From: Trichosphaerium sp. ATCC 40318
Taxonomy: Eukaryota > Protista > Tubulinea
Assembly: GCA_038496445.1 (NCBI GenBank)
Contig: JALMLS010000285.1
Coordinates: 74,675 to 138,674, forward strand
Length of the DNA: 64,000 bases
Reading direction: 5' to 3'
Below the pieces are notes generated by a model. The model searched no databases, had not been told where the DNA came from, and saw only the letters and a list, made by a program, of their open reading frames with translations. A program made the translations under genes and the position numbers. Position 1 is the first letter of the stretch. Each line of letters begins with the position of its first letter. Shown piece by piece: positions 27,603 through 40,771 of this stretch.

Positions 27603-27871
27603 ATGCCTTGCCAAAAAACTTTTACTGTACAATAAAACCTTATGTATTCTCGAAATACTCGTACTTTTTTCGATATCTAGTTTATTCAAGAAGTTGTTTT
27701 GGTATCACGCGGTTTCGTATCTGATTACTACCAACTATCCCTTTTGGTGATACTAATCAAAGCACGTTACATGAGTTTCAGTCGAGAGTAGATTGGTCCG
27801 TGTTGGTCTGGAAAAAACTACGTTGAACAAAACACATTGGACAATACATTTTATTTACAATAAGGTTGAAC

Positions 27872-30800
27872 CTAAAAAGGTTGAATATATTCGAAAAATT
27901 CTCGAAGGCCATTATAGTTTGCAGCGTGCGCCAAAGCCATAGGTGTTTTGTAAAGAGGATGTTGCTCCAACTCTTTCCACATACCTACAAACTCAATATA
28001 TGCTTCTTGATCAGCACCCTTGTCAATATCAAGCTTGCTAAACACTCTTTGTAAATCAATGGATCTTGACTTCTTGCAATGAAAGCGTATGTATACATGA
28101 ACTAGAGATATTAGATCATGACAAGGCTTGCAAACAATCGGCTTGTTTTTGATTCTATGATCCAGAACATCCAAACTTGCGAACATGATAGTTCCAGAGT
28201 ATTCCTTTAGTTTATCCAACTTGATAGCTGCACCCCAGTCTACGAGATGAGATTCACCTTCAAACGTCATGATATTGGAATCACTGACATCTCTAACGAA
28301 GAATATTAGTAACATAAAACGAGCTAAGAGTTGACCTACCTATGAATAAATCCAGCCTTATGTACGGCTTCTAGCGTAGTAACTAGCGAAGATAATGAAG
28401 GGCACTCATTTAGTGTCTCTATTCGCTTGCATATAGGGGTGGTTGCAAGGTAAGGAATACCATCTGGAGTCTTTCCATACTCAACCTTTATCAAACTAGT
28501 GAGTAATTGACAAGATGAACAAAATCAAAAAAGGTACGTACTAAGGTTGGCACACATGTTATCTTTAAGTCATTCAATTGCTTAATGACCTCCTTTTCGT
28601 GTATGGCAGTACTAGCATACTGCGTTTGAAATATTTTGACAGCCAATTTCTTGTCGTTTACATCTACTCGATAAACGGAGGCTGTTGCTCCGGTACCCAA
28701 TTGTCTCCTTGGCGCACACGCTTTCCCTTCAATCATGAGTAAGGGGTAGCTCCATCCGAGCTCCTTTGGGGTACAACTTAGAAGATGACTAATCTTTTTG
28801 CACCCAGAAGCGTTTTTGGAGTCAATCTTGTACTCCTTTGTAAAGTGGTATGTGTACGGTTGAGGAGCGTCTCTGCCGTGCCACACCAAGCGTATGAACA
28901 TAACGGTTTTTGTGTTTGATAGTACTCCCGTTATGTGTTTTCTAGGCCTTTGTGCAGCCATGATACCGGCCAATGACGCCCTAATATAAAAATAAGCAAA
29001 CAACAAAAAAAACAAGAAAAGAGTAAGACGCACATGCACTGTCCTTTGGCTGCAGAATCAAGCGGACCAATCTTAGTCTCCCAAACCATAACCACTTGCA
29101 ACAGGTCTGGTTTCTTCGTGTCTATGCGTTCAACATTAGCAGTGAAGATGAGATCAGGTCTCTGCTTTTTAATGATGCCATAGCCATCGTACATCATGGC
29201 ATCATGAGAGTTGATGACCTGAAACAGTGTTAATTGTTTTGGTCAAAACTGTTTTCTTTGTACCTTAAGAAATGGGCTTCCAGCTTTCTTGAGGAGCTTG
29301 TAAGTGTAAATCTTTAGAATATGCTCTTCATCTATTTTACGCTTATCACGTTGCTCGAGTGCTGCCAGCCCCTCCTCTTTTTCGATTTGAAGTTCGAGGT
29401 TAAGATCATTCGAGTTTTTATTGATGTAATCAAACATAGCAATCAGATCAGCAGGTTCGACCTTAGCCCAAAAGGAACTACAATTTTGCTTGTATTTGTT
29501 ATCATTAAAGCAGTTTGAATAACCTAGAAGACAAATAAGAAAAAAAAGAAGAAAAAAAAGAGAATGGCGTACAAATAATCGAAACACCTGGTAATGCCAT
29601 AAATCTATGAAATTGTAGCTCCCCTTTAATATCAGCTACGTCTCCTACTACTTTTTCAACCTTGGCAGTAGTTTCTTGTTTGTCTTTTTCCATTTCAGCC
29701 ACACTTTTTTCCAACTTCGCTATCGCTTTTTTGTCTTCTTTCATGGTTTCCATCATTTGCGTTGTCATCTGTTTGTTTTGTTCTATTGCTTCTTGCATCT
29801 TTTTCAATACTTCAGCTTTGACTTCAACTTGTTTTTTTAAGGACGTGTTGAGAGTGTCTTCCGTCTCGGCTTTTGAAGCCGTAGCGCGCTTTGGAGAACC
29901 AGAGTTTGCTTTAGTCTTAGGTCTTTTTGCACTAGATTGCGTGGATGGAGTTACACCTTTGCGCTTTACAGAAGCAAAGGCACTTTCTACACAATTATCA
30001 GATTTCTGATAAAAACAAAAAAAATTGCAACATCTTGGGGACATACTGTTGGGTGGAACGACGGGATATCGTAAGCAGAGTATACGCCAAACCCATGAAG
30101 ACTTTGTTGAGAGGTTGTCCAAGAAGCCTAGACGAGAGGCAAGTTTCTTTAAAGCGGATACAGTCTGTTTAAGCAATGCCTCTAAACAAAGAATGAGTGA
30201 CAGCTATAATGTAGCACTTGAACGCTTTTAGGCTGAAATGGAGCTAACAAACCAATGGCGCTCTTGTGACAACTTTTAAACCAACAAGAACGAAAAAAAA
30301 CGGTTAAAACGAAGAAGGCAATAAAGAACGCGTAGGGTACTAAGAACACGGGAAGAGAAGCGAAAACAACTCATATAAAACGTTTTGAAGGTTGGACACA
30401 ACAAAATACCACAATAGTGGTAAAAAACGCGTTTTACTGTATGTTTGGGCGTATTTACGTACTTGTTTCATCAAAGTCGAAGATATGTTGTACTATCGTT
30501 GGCACGTCTCCCTCAAACTTCATAGAGGACCCAAGGCTTGTAATACAGTCAGGATTGGACATACTCAAAGCTTTGAGGTGCTCCAAAAACCTTTGGCGGG
30601 ACGCCTTCTCTCGCCAGCTTAAATCTCCCTCTTCATCATTGTCCATTACTTCCCAATCGCTGCTATTGCACACCAGTTGGTAGATAAAAACGGAAACTTA
30701 ACGTTGAGCTTTATTGTCATTCTTTTTTCTTTGTTGGCTCTACATGCTGCTGTACACGTTTAAGACTAAGGAGTGGCGACTTGGCGTACAATGTCAACAG

Positions 30801-30880
30801 TTAGCGGGGAATCAGCCGCCGGAGACAATTCCACACTGCACTAATTTGGTTTTCGGTATTCGTTTTATTTTGTCTGACAT
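27872..30880 (-). CDS. Crinkler-like protein: N-terminal header/coiled coil + restriction-endonuclease-fold domain + CR/FunK1-like kinase
   Basis: RPDL...WETK..SAAKGQ...QRPRKHITGVLSN (REase fold); LGTGATASVY, AVK, IHRDVSDSNIM, VDWG, SGTIMFAS, HDLISL (kinase). 5' end uncertain. Confidence 0.8.
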
Positions 30881-31388
30881 TATAAAGTCGTGACCAATCG
30901 GTCAAGCTATGATATGGATGTTGTTGGTAGGAGAATGGATGATAGGATCTACCTTATTGTCTTAGTGATATTGAGATACATGAAGTAGTTGGGGATGTTG
31001 TTAAACAAAGAAAAGAGGAGTGGCTGAGGTGTGGCTTCGGAAATAATTTTTTACGAGTGTTCTTGTACATTTTGGTTTTATCAAACTGTTGGCAGTATTT
31101 TTTGTAATTTTTGATGCCGGTTGTTTCTTGCTTTTTTATTGAGTATCTAACAAAGCAAAACTAGCGTTACATAATGTTTGAAAACTACAAAATTCGAATA
31201 GGGTACCTCGCTTAATAATTAACATTGATCAAGATGGGCTTGTAAACAAGCCAAGGAACTACAATATGATCATATTTAAACCAACAATTCGTGCACTACG
31301 TAAGGTCACGTGACCCGAGTTCATGTCGGGTACGCGCTTATCAACAATAATTGTTTCAAACCCGACAAAGCACATGATGGCCAACAAT

Positions 31389-32988
31389 ATGATCATACTT
31401 GCTACTGTAGTATACACACTGGTTTTCTCTTGTTGTGGTGCGTTTTTTATCCACAGCGATCACTACTTTTTTTTAATGGTGCTCCTCTTGCTTACTTACA
31501 AACTTTAAAGCGATAACTACAAGTTCTTTTGACTTTGAAGACACCTATGTTATTATTGGAGGATTTAATAATTATGCTACAGAACCTGGCTTGCGATTTA
31601 GTGCTAACAAGATTGCATTGCTAAAGTTCGACATATTTGAAAGAGATGGTAAATCAAAAACTATTTCTGATTTTTTCTCGCAATGTCACTGACCAATGTT
31701 TAGGTGGGCCAATTCCAGATGGTGTTGAAATAACAGAAGCTACTTTGAGTCTACATGTAAGAAAGGGAGGATCTAATGGACTAATTTACGAAGCCGGCGC
31801 TTTTTGGGAGCCATCAACTGTAACTGGAAGAAATATTAGTACGTGTTAGCTCTGTTTGTAAAAAAACCTAAAACAAAACTGGTAGATGATTCTATTTTGA
31901 ATCCAAGCACACCTTTAGTGGCGACAATGCCATCTGTGGTTTCCAATGTACGAAATGAGTACTTTGAAATGACCGTTACATGTATGTCTTAGAGACCAAA
32001 ACTGTATTTTCTTGACTAATACTTCCACTTAAAGCCTCACTTAAAAAGCGGTTGAATGGGCAAATACAAAACAATGGATGGTCAATATTTGGAGACAGCG
32101 CTACTGAAGGTACTTCTTTATTACATGAGATAGTAGTTAATAAAAATAGTTGCATTTGACAGCAATGAAACCCCCACAGCAAACCGCCCAGTGCTCACTG
32201 TAGACTGGGCAGTGCCAATCCCAACAGAACCACCTACTACAACTTCACCTACCAATGAGCCAGGTAAATAATCTACTATCAATACGAAAGAGTAACGTAT
32301 TCTTTTTTAATGCGTAGAGGCATGTGAATCTACATTGCTCATGCTTGACGATCTAAAATGTATTGATGGTCATTGGGTGACAAATGTTCCTTTTATTGAT
32401 GGAACAGTAATCGATGTTGATTTGGTTTTTGGAAATAACGTGACATTTGGTCCAAACTTGTCCCTTCAACAAGGTGTAACATTGACTGTTGAAGGATGTA
32501 TAAGACTTTCAGGGAATATCAAGATTGTGTCAGAATCTTATAACGGATTCAATACAACTTCGATTTTGTACGAATGCAGTGAAGGATCACTTGATGACGT
32601 ACAAGGACAATCACCAACATGCAGCACAATTAAACTGCGTACTACCTTTACCAGTACAGCTCTGTTGTTCGAAAAGTCTCACGAAAAGAGCTGTTATCAA
32701 GGGATGGATACAACTGGCTTACCTACATGGAGCATAGTTCTCATTGCCTTGGTTGTATTGATCATACCAGTAAGTTGCTTAGCGAAGTTTACAATTCTGT
32801 GTTCTCCTTTGTTCTAACAAGTTTGAGTGTAGCTGACAATAGCTGTTGCAGTATTTTGGTACAAAAAGTACACATTGAATCAACAATTAAACACTATAAA
32901 GCATGTTAGAGGTGCAGAAATAATTGAGAAAGATACAACAAGAGAAGAAAAGAGCACTGATTATGAACCAATTGACGTGGGCAGTTGA
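31389..32988 (+). CDS. type I membrane protein with DNRLRE/CBM96-like N-terminal domain
   Basis: Signal peptide; EDTYV...NY......ALLKFD...ITEATLSLHV...WEPSTVT; Pro/Thr linker; Cys stalk; one TM helix. Confidence 0.7.
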
Positions 32989-33274
32989 GAACTTTTCTTT
33001 GATTAAAAGTTCGTTTAAGGATTGTTGTAAGTTAAACTGCTCACGCATTTGAACCAGCAAACTATGTAGTGTACTATTGACATCATTGAAACGACTTTTT
33101 GTACATAATAATCTTCATTGTGAACAATGAGTTGCGCTCAGTAAATGACCTCTTTTTTAATTAAGGCAACTGCCTGCTTATTGGGGTGTTACTCGAACCA
33201 TAAGCTAATATTGGCCGTCAACAAGGTTCAAACATCTCATCAATTCTAGCACTTACTGCCTCTGAACAAGGCCA

Positions 33275-35756
33275 ATGATCACTTCCATTCTTCCGTATTC
33301 AGTATTACTCATTTGTTTTGTATCCGCAACCCTTGGAATTTGCGTTCCATACGTCGTGAATGTAACAGGATCATCCAATAGGTACGGTACAGAGTGTTAT
33401 TGATAAATTAGCAAATACCTTGTTGTTGCGAGGGTCTGCCGACATTCATCTCGTAATCGAATCCTAACTAATCTGTAAGGTGCGATACCATTGTGGGAAG
33501 CGATACGCTGGTGTACCGTACTGGAAATAATACTCAAGTGAGTATACAAGCGTAAGTACTGGTTTTTAATTAGTAAGTGCAGAATTAAAGGTGAGAGTTG
33601 ACTCACTCTTGAGCGCCATTATAATTCATGAACGAGAAAATACTACAAAAAACCACGCGAAAACTTAAGTGTAACTAAATCACGTGATTTTTTTGCTCTT
33701 GCACACAACAAACAGTTCCTGTTTATGGATTAATACTAATTCATACCAGTGATATTGAACTTGCATTACTTGGAATAGATGCTCTAGATTCCGTTGGGGG
33801 ATCTAGTTGCAAGTCTTTTGTTGTTCGCTATGCTTGCCAATCAGAATTTAAACGTTGTGATGATTCGTATGAGGCCGGATTTGAGTTACCTTGTGTTGAA
33901 ACTTGTCAAAATATTGCCATTCACTGTGAACCATTCTTGGCGTTTACATCCTTAGAACTACCAGATTGTTCAAATGAAACTCTTGTATCGAGCAATTGTA
34001 ACACAACACACTTAGACAACACCACAGGTATCAATCTATTTAAATCAGAACAAACTTCTCATTTGTTAGCGACCAGCACTCTCGAGTGTCCTTCTAGATT
34101 ATTCAGAGACGTCAAAAGCACATCCATCACACCCTGTACTACTAAACGAAACATCATTTGATGTATAACAAATCGCTAGATGAGGCACCATGTTGGGCTT
34201 GTCCAGTTCCAGCGTATACAGGTATAGCGCTCCACTGTGGTTATTTTTGACATGCTCCAGATTCTGCGACAAGGGTCGTCAAGTATTTCTCTGTTGCAGT
34301 TGGTATTTGTGGAATGCTGGCATCATCATTTTGCTTCTTAGTGTTCATAGGAAGTAAACAGTACGCAGCATGAAACGAAAAAAGCTCTGAATCTTAATGA
34401 ACACAGGTTCCGAGCTTTTCAAACACAATACTTTAGCATCCTGTCTGCTGACTCTTTCATCACTGGATTATGCGTTTTTGTGACTGCTGTCGCGCAAGAA
34501 TTCTTTACATGCGAGAGCAAAGCACGTTTAGCTCAATCATGGCACGTGCCGTGCACCATCCAAGGTACTCTACTTACGCTTGTTTTCTCCTAACTCTTTT
34601 GTTGCTAGGGGTTATATTTTTGTTTGCTGCTAATCAATTGGTATTCTGCTGGCTTTTGATGGCTTTCAACAGTGCTTATATTACACTAAGAGGCATCAAA
34701 CTTGTCAGTGGTCGATATCCACGCAAGTACAAAATTGTATGATCTCGTCCTTGATTTTTGTTTCACGGATTAGTGTATTCTCTGATGTTCCAGTTTTAGA
34801 TTGTTTACAGCGTATTGTGGGGAGCACCTACAATTATGACTTGTGCGTGTTTGTTTGGTGGACTTATACGTGGAGTACCAGGATTTACATTTTGCTTCAG
34901 TAAGTCATACTTAATTTGATGGCATTGTGCTGACTTTCTTGAGTTACTGTACATTACAGATGGGCACAATGGGTATTCTTTTTTGGCACTATTGTACCTT
35001 ATTCTATTATTGGCATCGGTAGTTTTTTATACTTGATATACCACTTGTACAAAACACAACAAAAGGTATCAAGTAGTATCAAGTGAACAGTATGAATAAC
35101 CAACTTACCACAACAATAGGCTACTTCTGCAAAAGATACTAAACGTAGGCGAACCCGTAATCTTGTGCTTGTGCACGTGCTACTATATTGGTTGGTCATG
35201 ATGTACATCTTACTGTACACTTTCTTTGCTGTTTTTCTTTGGAGTGTAGAGCTTACTTTACTCTATAGGTATAGAGTCTATGTAGAAACTACACTCTTGA
35301 ATGTTGGAAATAGATACACACAATGCTTTCAAACTGCAAAAGATATTGACGAGTGCTTTCAAATCAACACTTTGAATGTGCCTGCAACGCTTATTTTCAT
35401 ATTCTGTATTGGAGGTAATATGTGACTGTTTGGACGTTTTCTTTACTACCATTAAGTGTAATTGACTAACATTAAAAAGGCAATGGCATTGTCATGTTCA
35501 TTGCATTCATGTGTATGCAGTACGTAGAAAAAAACTTACTTTAAATGCATGTAGCAGAGAGCTGTACTAACTTGCTCATAGTTCTTTTCGACGGTTAGTG
35601 GCACATTATTTCTCAATAGTGTGGCCTTACACAACAATCGAGAAGAAGGAATTATCTAAAGAAGGAACATCTGCAATGACGACATCAACTGATGGGCGAG
35701 AACTTGCAGAAAAAAATACCCAAATGCCTACTGATACTGAAATGCCAACTTCTTAG
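33275..35756 (+). CDS. Frizzled/Smoothened-like GPCR (Fz CRD + 7TM)
   Basis: Signal peptide; CRD C....RYAC..F.RC.....LPCVETC.....C; CWACP linker; PCTIQG and GFTFCF typical of Fsl receptors; multiple TM helices. Confidence 0.85.
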
Positions 35757-36503
35757 TTATAAGATAACAAGAAGGTCTGTTAAGATAGTAATAAATGCTT
35801 ACTCCTACTTAAACGCCAACAGCCTGAAAAAGGACCTGACAGTAATCGTAGTGCACGTGACTTTTTTGAAAAGTGCACATTTTGCTAAAACGTTTATGTG
35901 GTAATTAAACGATCACAAGTCACAAGTATGTTACGCGTACTTCTTGTGACTTTGGTTGTAGTAACTTACATTAAAAACCAGCGAAATAGAAAGCAAAAAA
36001 AACTTGCTTCTTCGCCATTGCACTTAAGGACTTCTCCAAAACAAATGGTTTTCAATTTTGTAGATTGATAGCAAAGTAGAACAGCAATGAAATACACAGA
36101 GTCGCTAGGGTAGAGTGCAAAGAGTGGCTTAAAAATGGTAAATTGTACAAGCACTACAATGTAGAAGTGATTAAAAGACTGGACAAACTATAGCTGCTTA
36201 GCCTCAGTGTATGTCAGGTAATTGAGACCCACATCAACACCCATTAAACACAGGTACTTTTGATTAAAAAAAAGCCTGCAGCTAGTTGTACTTTGCCAAA
36301 AAAGGACTGCACGTGTGTTTCTCAAAAGAACTTATTTCATGAAGCTAAAGTAGAAAGCAAAAGGCTGACCTCAATGGTTGCAAAAGTTGCCTTGCCTCAC
36401 AAGGCGAATATAATACTTTACACAAAACAGACTCTAAGTGTCATTCAACAGAAACAGCGTTAAGTTACTTGTGCTTCAGTTATAAAACGTTATTCCACGC
36501 CCA

Positions 36504-37794
36504 ATGACCTCTAAAGGCAGGAAATCGCCTCAAAAACGTAAGAGTAAGAAACAATTAGTTACAGATGAGAAATACGATGCCATGGTTATTGAGGAAGACG
36601 CCGTAAGACAGCGTGAGGAAGCTAATACGTTTGAAGCAAGGCCAAATACGGTTGATCAGTTCGAAAAACTATTATTTACAAATAGTAACTCCAGTTACGT
36701 GTGGATGCGGTATGTAGCGTATTTTGTGGCTCAACAGAACGTGGAACAAGCGAGGAATATTATTCGAAGGTCTTTGAAGGTTCGTACGCCTAAATACGCG
36801 TAATAGGCTACTTTCATGGTGTATTCTCAATTTCGTACGCTAAATTTCCCATAAGAAAATAGCAATGGAGCTAGACGACGAAAAACATAACATGTGGGTC
36901 TGTTTTCTCAACTTAGAACTACAATTTGGAACAGAAGACGACTTACAGGCCGCATATTTACAAGCTTTACGCTATGCAGACAGAAAACGCATTACATTAG
37001 ATCTAATCCGCATTTATATACGCGCTGATATGGTAAAGGTACGCGTACAACAATTAATCGTTGTTTCATGGCGGAATAACGTCATTTCATGGTTTTTTGA
37101 ATCTTTTTTTTTTTTTTTTGACACTTCCTTAGGAAGCAATCAAACATTATAAAGAACTGTTAAAACATGTCAGAAAGGATTTTGACATCTGGAAGTTTTA
37201 TGGGGAATTTTTATTTAAACAAAAGCGTACAGTACAAGCCCGAGATGTACTAACGAATGCACTGCGAGCTATACCTGTGCTGAAAAGTTAGTGAACATTG
37301 TAATGATTTTTTATTTATGGTTTTTATTTGTAGAAAATGAAATGAAGGTGTTTTGGGCACGTATGGAGTATAAATATGGTGATAAAGAGCGTGGTCGCAG
37401 TATGTTTGAAGATATGATATCAGCACAACCATCAAGGTTAGATGTATGGTCTTGTTTTATTGATCAAGAGCAAGCAAATGATCCTGCATACACAAGGTAC
37501 GAAACTGTTTCTTATTTTTTTCGAGTTTTCTTGCAATTTAAACGACAACCAAACCGTTTGATTTTTATTACCGTGTTAAATCGCCTTTAAATTCACAATT
37601 AACAATATTCTAGGATTCTTTTTGATCGATGCCTGAGCATGCGTATGTCAATGAAGAAAATGAAATTTATTTTCAAAAAGAACCTGGCTTTTGAGAAGCA
37701 ACATGGCACTGAAAAATCAATGACACGTGTAAAACAACGTGCTAGAGATTATGTAGAATCTAGAGTAAACCAGGAGAGAAATTACGATGAGTAA
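36504..37794 (+). CDS. Rrp5/PDCD11 C-terminal HAT/TPR module without S1 domains
   Basis: PNTVDQFEKLLFTNSNSSYVWMRYVAY..ARNII.R; EKHNMWVCFLNLELQFG; EYKYGDKERGRSMFE..P.RLDVWS; KKMKFIFKK.L.FE..HG. Confidence 0.85.
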
Positions 37795-38054
37795 TATCTA
37801 ACATGTAAATAACAATTGAAAAAATAAAGAAACAAGTAAAAATGAATCAAGTTTCACGCCTTAGTGGTATCATTTGGCGTACTGTACGCCAAAAAAATTA
37901 AACTACACAGTGCTGTATGAATTACGAGCATTCTAGTAAACAAGAACGAAATGACAGAACTACAGCTTGTTTGATGAAAATGGCAATCTTTTTTTTTTTT
38001 TTTTCAACATGATACACGCTCATGCCATTGCGCTTACCCTTTTGGATCTCAAAA

Positions 38055-38652
38055 ATTAGTTGAGCATTTTTCCTTTGAAGGCTACTTCCCACTCTTGGTA
38101 ATCTTCTTCTGTAACAACGGGCAAGGAGAACGCAAGTGGATCCATACCAAGGGACTCAATTGCGTCAAGATCGTCCTAGCAGAGATGTCATTTATGACGT
38201 GCAAACAATAAAATCGTCTAGGCTCGTTGTAGGTTTGCTCGTACCTTGAGGGAAGCGTGTACTTGTTCTGGTTTGAAGCCATAATGACTCCAGTGGTATT
38301 TGATTTCGTATAATACTGGTGTGAAGATAATTGATGCTATTTGCTTGGCTAACTTCATATCTTGGCCCCATGATCGTACTGCTTTGCATAAAGTGAGGGA
38401 AAGCTTTAAAGCTGTATTTTTGACATCAATCCCTGTTGTAGGTAGCGGTCTAACGATTTTTTCTAATTCAACAGCCACAGCTTCAATTTTTTGTTTTTCT
38501 GGCGCTTTATCTTTTAAAACTTCATTTGTAGCCACTACAAGTATTTCCTTCAAAAATCTTTCTAGTTCGTTTACATTTACAGCTTTTTTCTTGTTGTTAT
38601 TGTTGTTTGATCGGTTGTTCTTGCCTTTGCGCTTGTTACGACGTCTACTCAT
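38055..38652 (-). CDS. hypothetical helical protein (2 exons)
   Basis: 144-aa ORF splices at HASLK| to DDLDAIESLG...KMLN*; basic, Asn-rich N-terminus. Confidence 0.65.
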
Positions 38653-38746
38653 AGTGATGCAGAGATGGTCTTTTTTGTACTTGGCTTAATTGACCAGCTT
38701 AAAGACTGCCAGAAGTGTCACAATTTAACGCCAATGCGCCAACAAC

Positions 38747-39672
38747 ATGTCTTTTTTAGTTAATTGGTTTTGGGATTTATTGTACGGGCTTGGAGTATTT
38801 CAAAAGGAAGCCACAATACTTCTCTTAGGTACCATTTACCTCACGTTAACGCAAAAGCGTATTTAAAGTTTGAAACACTAATATGTAATTTGTAGGCTTG
38901 GATAACGCCGGAAAAACGACTCTACTGTATCCTTTCGTATTTTAATGGCGTCACAACAGCATTTTTCGTTAACCTGCAACGTCACAAACTAAAGTCTGGT
39001 AAAATACGCCTTTTTATACCAACACAGCGTGCGCAAGTGGAAAAAGTGACAGTTGGTAATGTAACATTTCATGCTTGGGATTTAGGAGGTCGCCTAAAAT
39101 TGATCTTATGCCACCTCACATTAACGTAGGACATGAAACAGTGCGTAATATATGGCAAGATTACTACCCAGAAGCAGATGCCATTGTATTTGTAGTTGAT
39201 AGGTGAGAATTTAATATTTCTGTCATTTTTGTTGTATTTCTGACAATGTAGCTAGCGCTGATCCTTCTCGCATGGCCGAAGCTAAAAAAGTACGTATACA
39301 TAGTCTCATTGTTGCTCTTATATAAGTCGTAGGAAATTTTTTATTTACTGGATGATGGTACGTTTGATTTATTGAACCTTTAAACACGTGCCTAAAAGTG
39401 GAGTTATCCAGAACACCTAGCAGAATGTATCTTTTTGGTTCTAGCCAATAAATCAGATAAAAGAACTGCTATGTCTCGCTTACAGGTAATCGCTTCATTG
39501 GGATTAGAAGATTTCGAGCTTGGCGATTCTCCTGGAGCTCAAGATGATATTGAAGTACTACAATCAAGCTTTCGTTTTGGGTTTACTCTAAGCACTTTAG
39601 GTGTTTCCTTGCTCACTGATAGACGGAACAGGATACCTTGATGCCTTTCGCTGGCTCAGTAAAAACCTGTAA
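38747..39672 (+). CDS. divergent Sar1-like ARF-family GTPase
   Basis: MSFLVNWFWDLL amphipathic N-terminus, LGLDNAGKTTLL, WDLGGH, AIVFVVD, ANKSD, GYLDAFRWLS. Confidence 0.9.
38927..38981 (+). other. U12-type intron with apparent GT-CG termini
   Basis: 5'SS GTATCCTTT; branch-like TTTCGTTAAC. The frame GKTTLL-HKLKSGK needs the 3' end at ...GCAACG. Confidence 0.7.
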
Positions 39673-39840
39673 CTGGAACAAGGTTATCTATTTTTTCGCC
39701 CGTCAAGGTTACCTCCAATTAAATGTATAGTATCACTTACGAAGTAAATTTTTTTCTGGAAGTACTTAGTACTTAGTTCAATAATTACCTTACTTAGCGT
39801 TGACACATTTCCTAAAACATCTAACACCCATAAAAACGCC

Positions 39841-40771
39841 ATGGTACTTCGTGTTTTTGCAGCTACGGCATTATTTTGCAAGTTTATGGGCAAGAAACCA
39901 AAAACGATTCCTCTCTTCCTTCTATCCTTTGGAGGCCTTGTAGGTATTTCATATTACTTCCTACTGCTGTACATCGATCCGCTTTGTCGAGCACATACGT
40001 ACGAAAACAGTTTTGCGCTAGTTCATACCTTTTTAATGCTATTGCGTTACCGAATAAACAATCGAATTCCTTTTTGTGTTTAACCCTCATTTAGTAAATG
40101 CCAACATCTTGCATACTCTGTCACTGCAAATGTGGGTATTTATATCTGGTTCGCTATAAACATGATTTTAATTCTAGTATCATGGTATGTGTCACCTTTT
40201 CGCCGACATTCTGACCTTAAACTTTTTTTTCGCTTATGACGTTTAGGAAAACGAGTGCACCAAAATGTAAGCTATTCACCTTGTGTTTATTTTATACCAT
40301 AAGAAAGACTTTACTTTTTTTATTCAATTTGTGAATTAACCTTGTCTTGCTGTAGTTATACGTGTAATGCTTTATGCTGTTCAATACCTCCTACTTGCTG
40401 TGTCCATTGGAGTATTTGGCGTATCTGGTAGCTTCGCAAGGTATTGCTTTGAGAATACAAAATGTTTGAGGAAAAGGTATGACGTTAACGTCAAATGTCA
40501 AAATGTTGACACATTTTGTTTTAGTTTAGGTCTATTTTGCTTAGGTGAAGCGTCATGGGGTATATTTACAATAACATTACTTATCGTTACAGCATTCTTG
40601 CTTCACCACAAAGGACCAGTTGAGCGATTTTTGAAAGGAACACCTAGAGTTGCACCAAATGGACCAAATATTATCACTACGCATAAATTCTCTCACCCGG
40701 ATATTGCTAGTGATGAAGAGACAGATATTGAAGGAGAACTGGGTATTAGCGTTGCTCTTCAAGAGATATAA
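39841..40771 (+). CDS. hypothetical multi-pass membrane protein
   Basis: Several spliced hydrophobic exons ending in an acidic tail DIASDEETDIEGEL. Confidence 0.6.

Noticed and set aside
35918-35951. AGTCACAAG/CTTGTGACT inverted repeat
   Set aside because: Short and single-copy; no evidence for a mobile element.
36000-36460. Possible ncRNA (TTCGCC/GGCGAA end pairing, faint U4-like words, T-run) or small spliced gene with GLNYLTYTE resembling the SPT small subunit
   Set aside because: The motifs are not correctly spaced for U4, RNase P/MRP or telomerase RNA, and I could not build a consistent start for the protein model.
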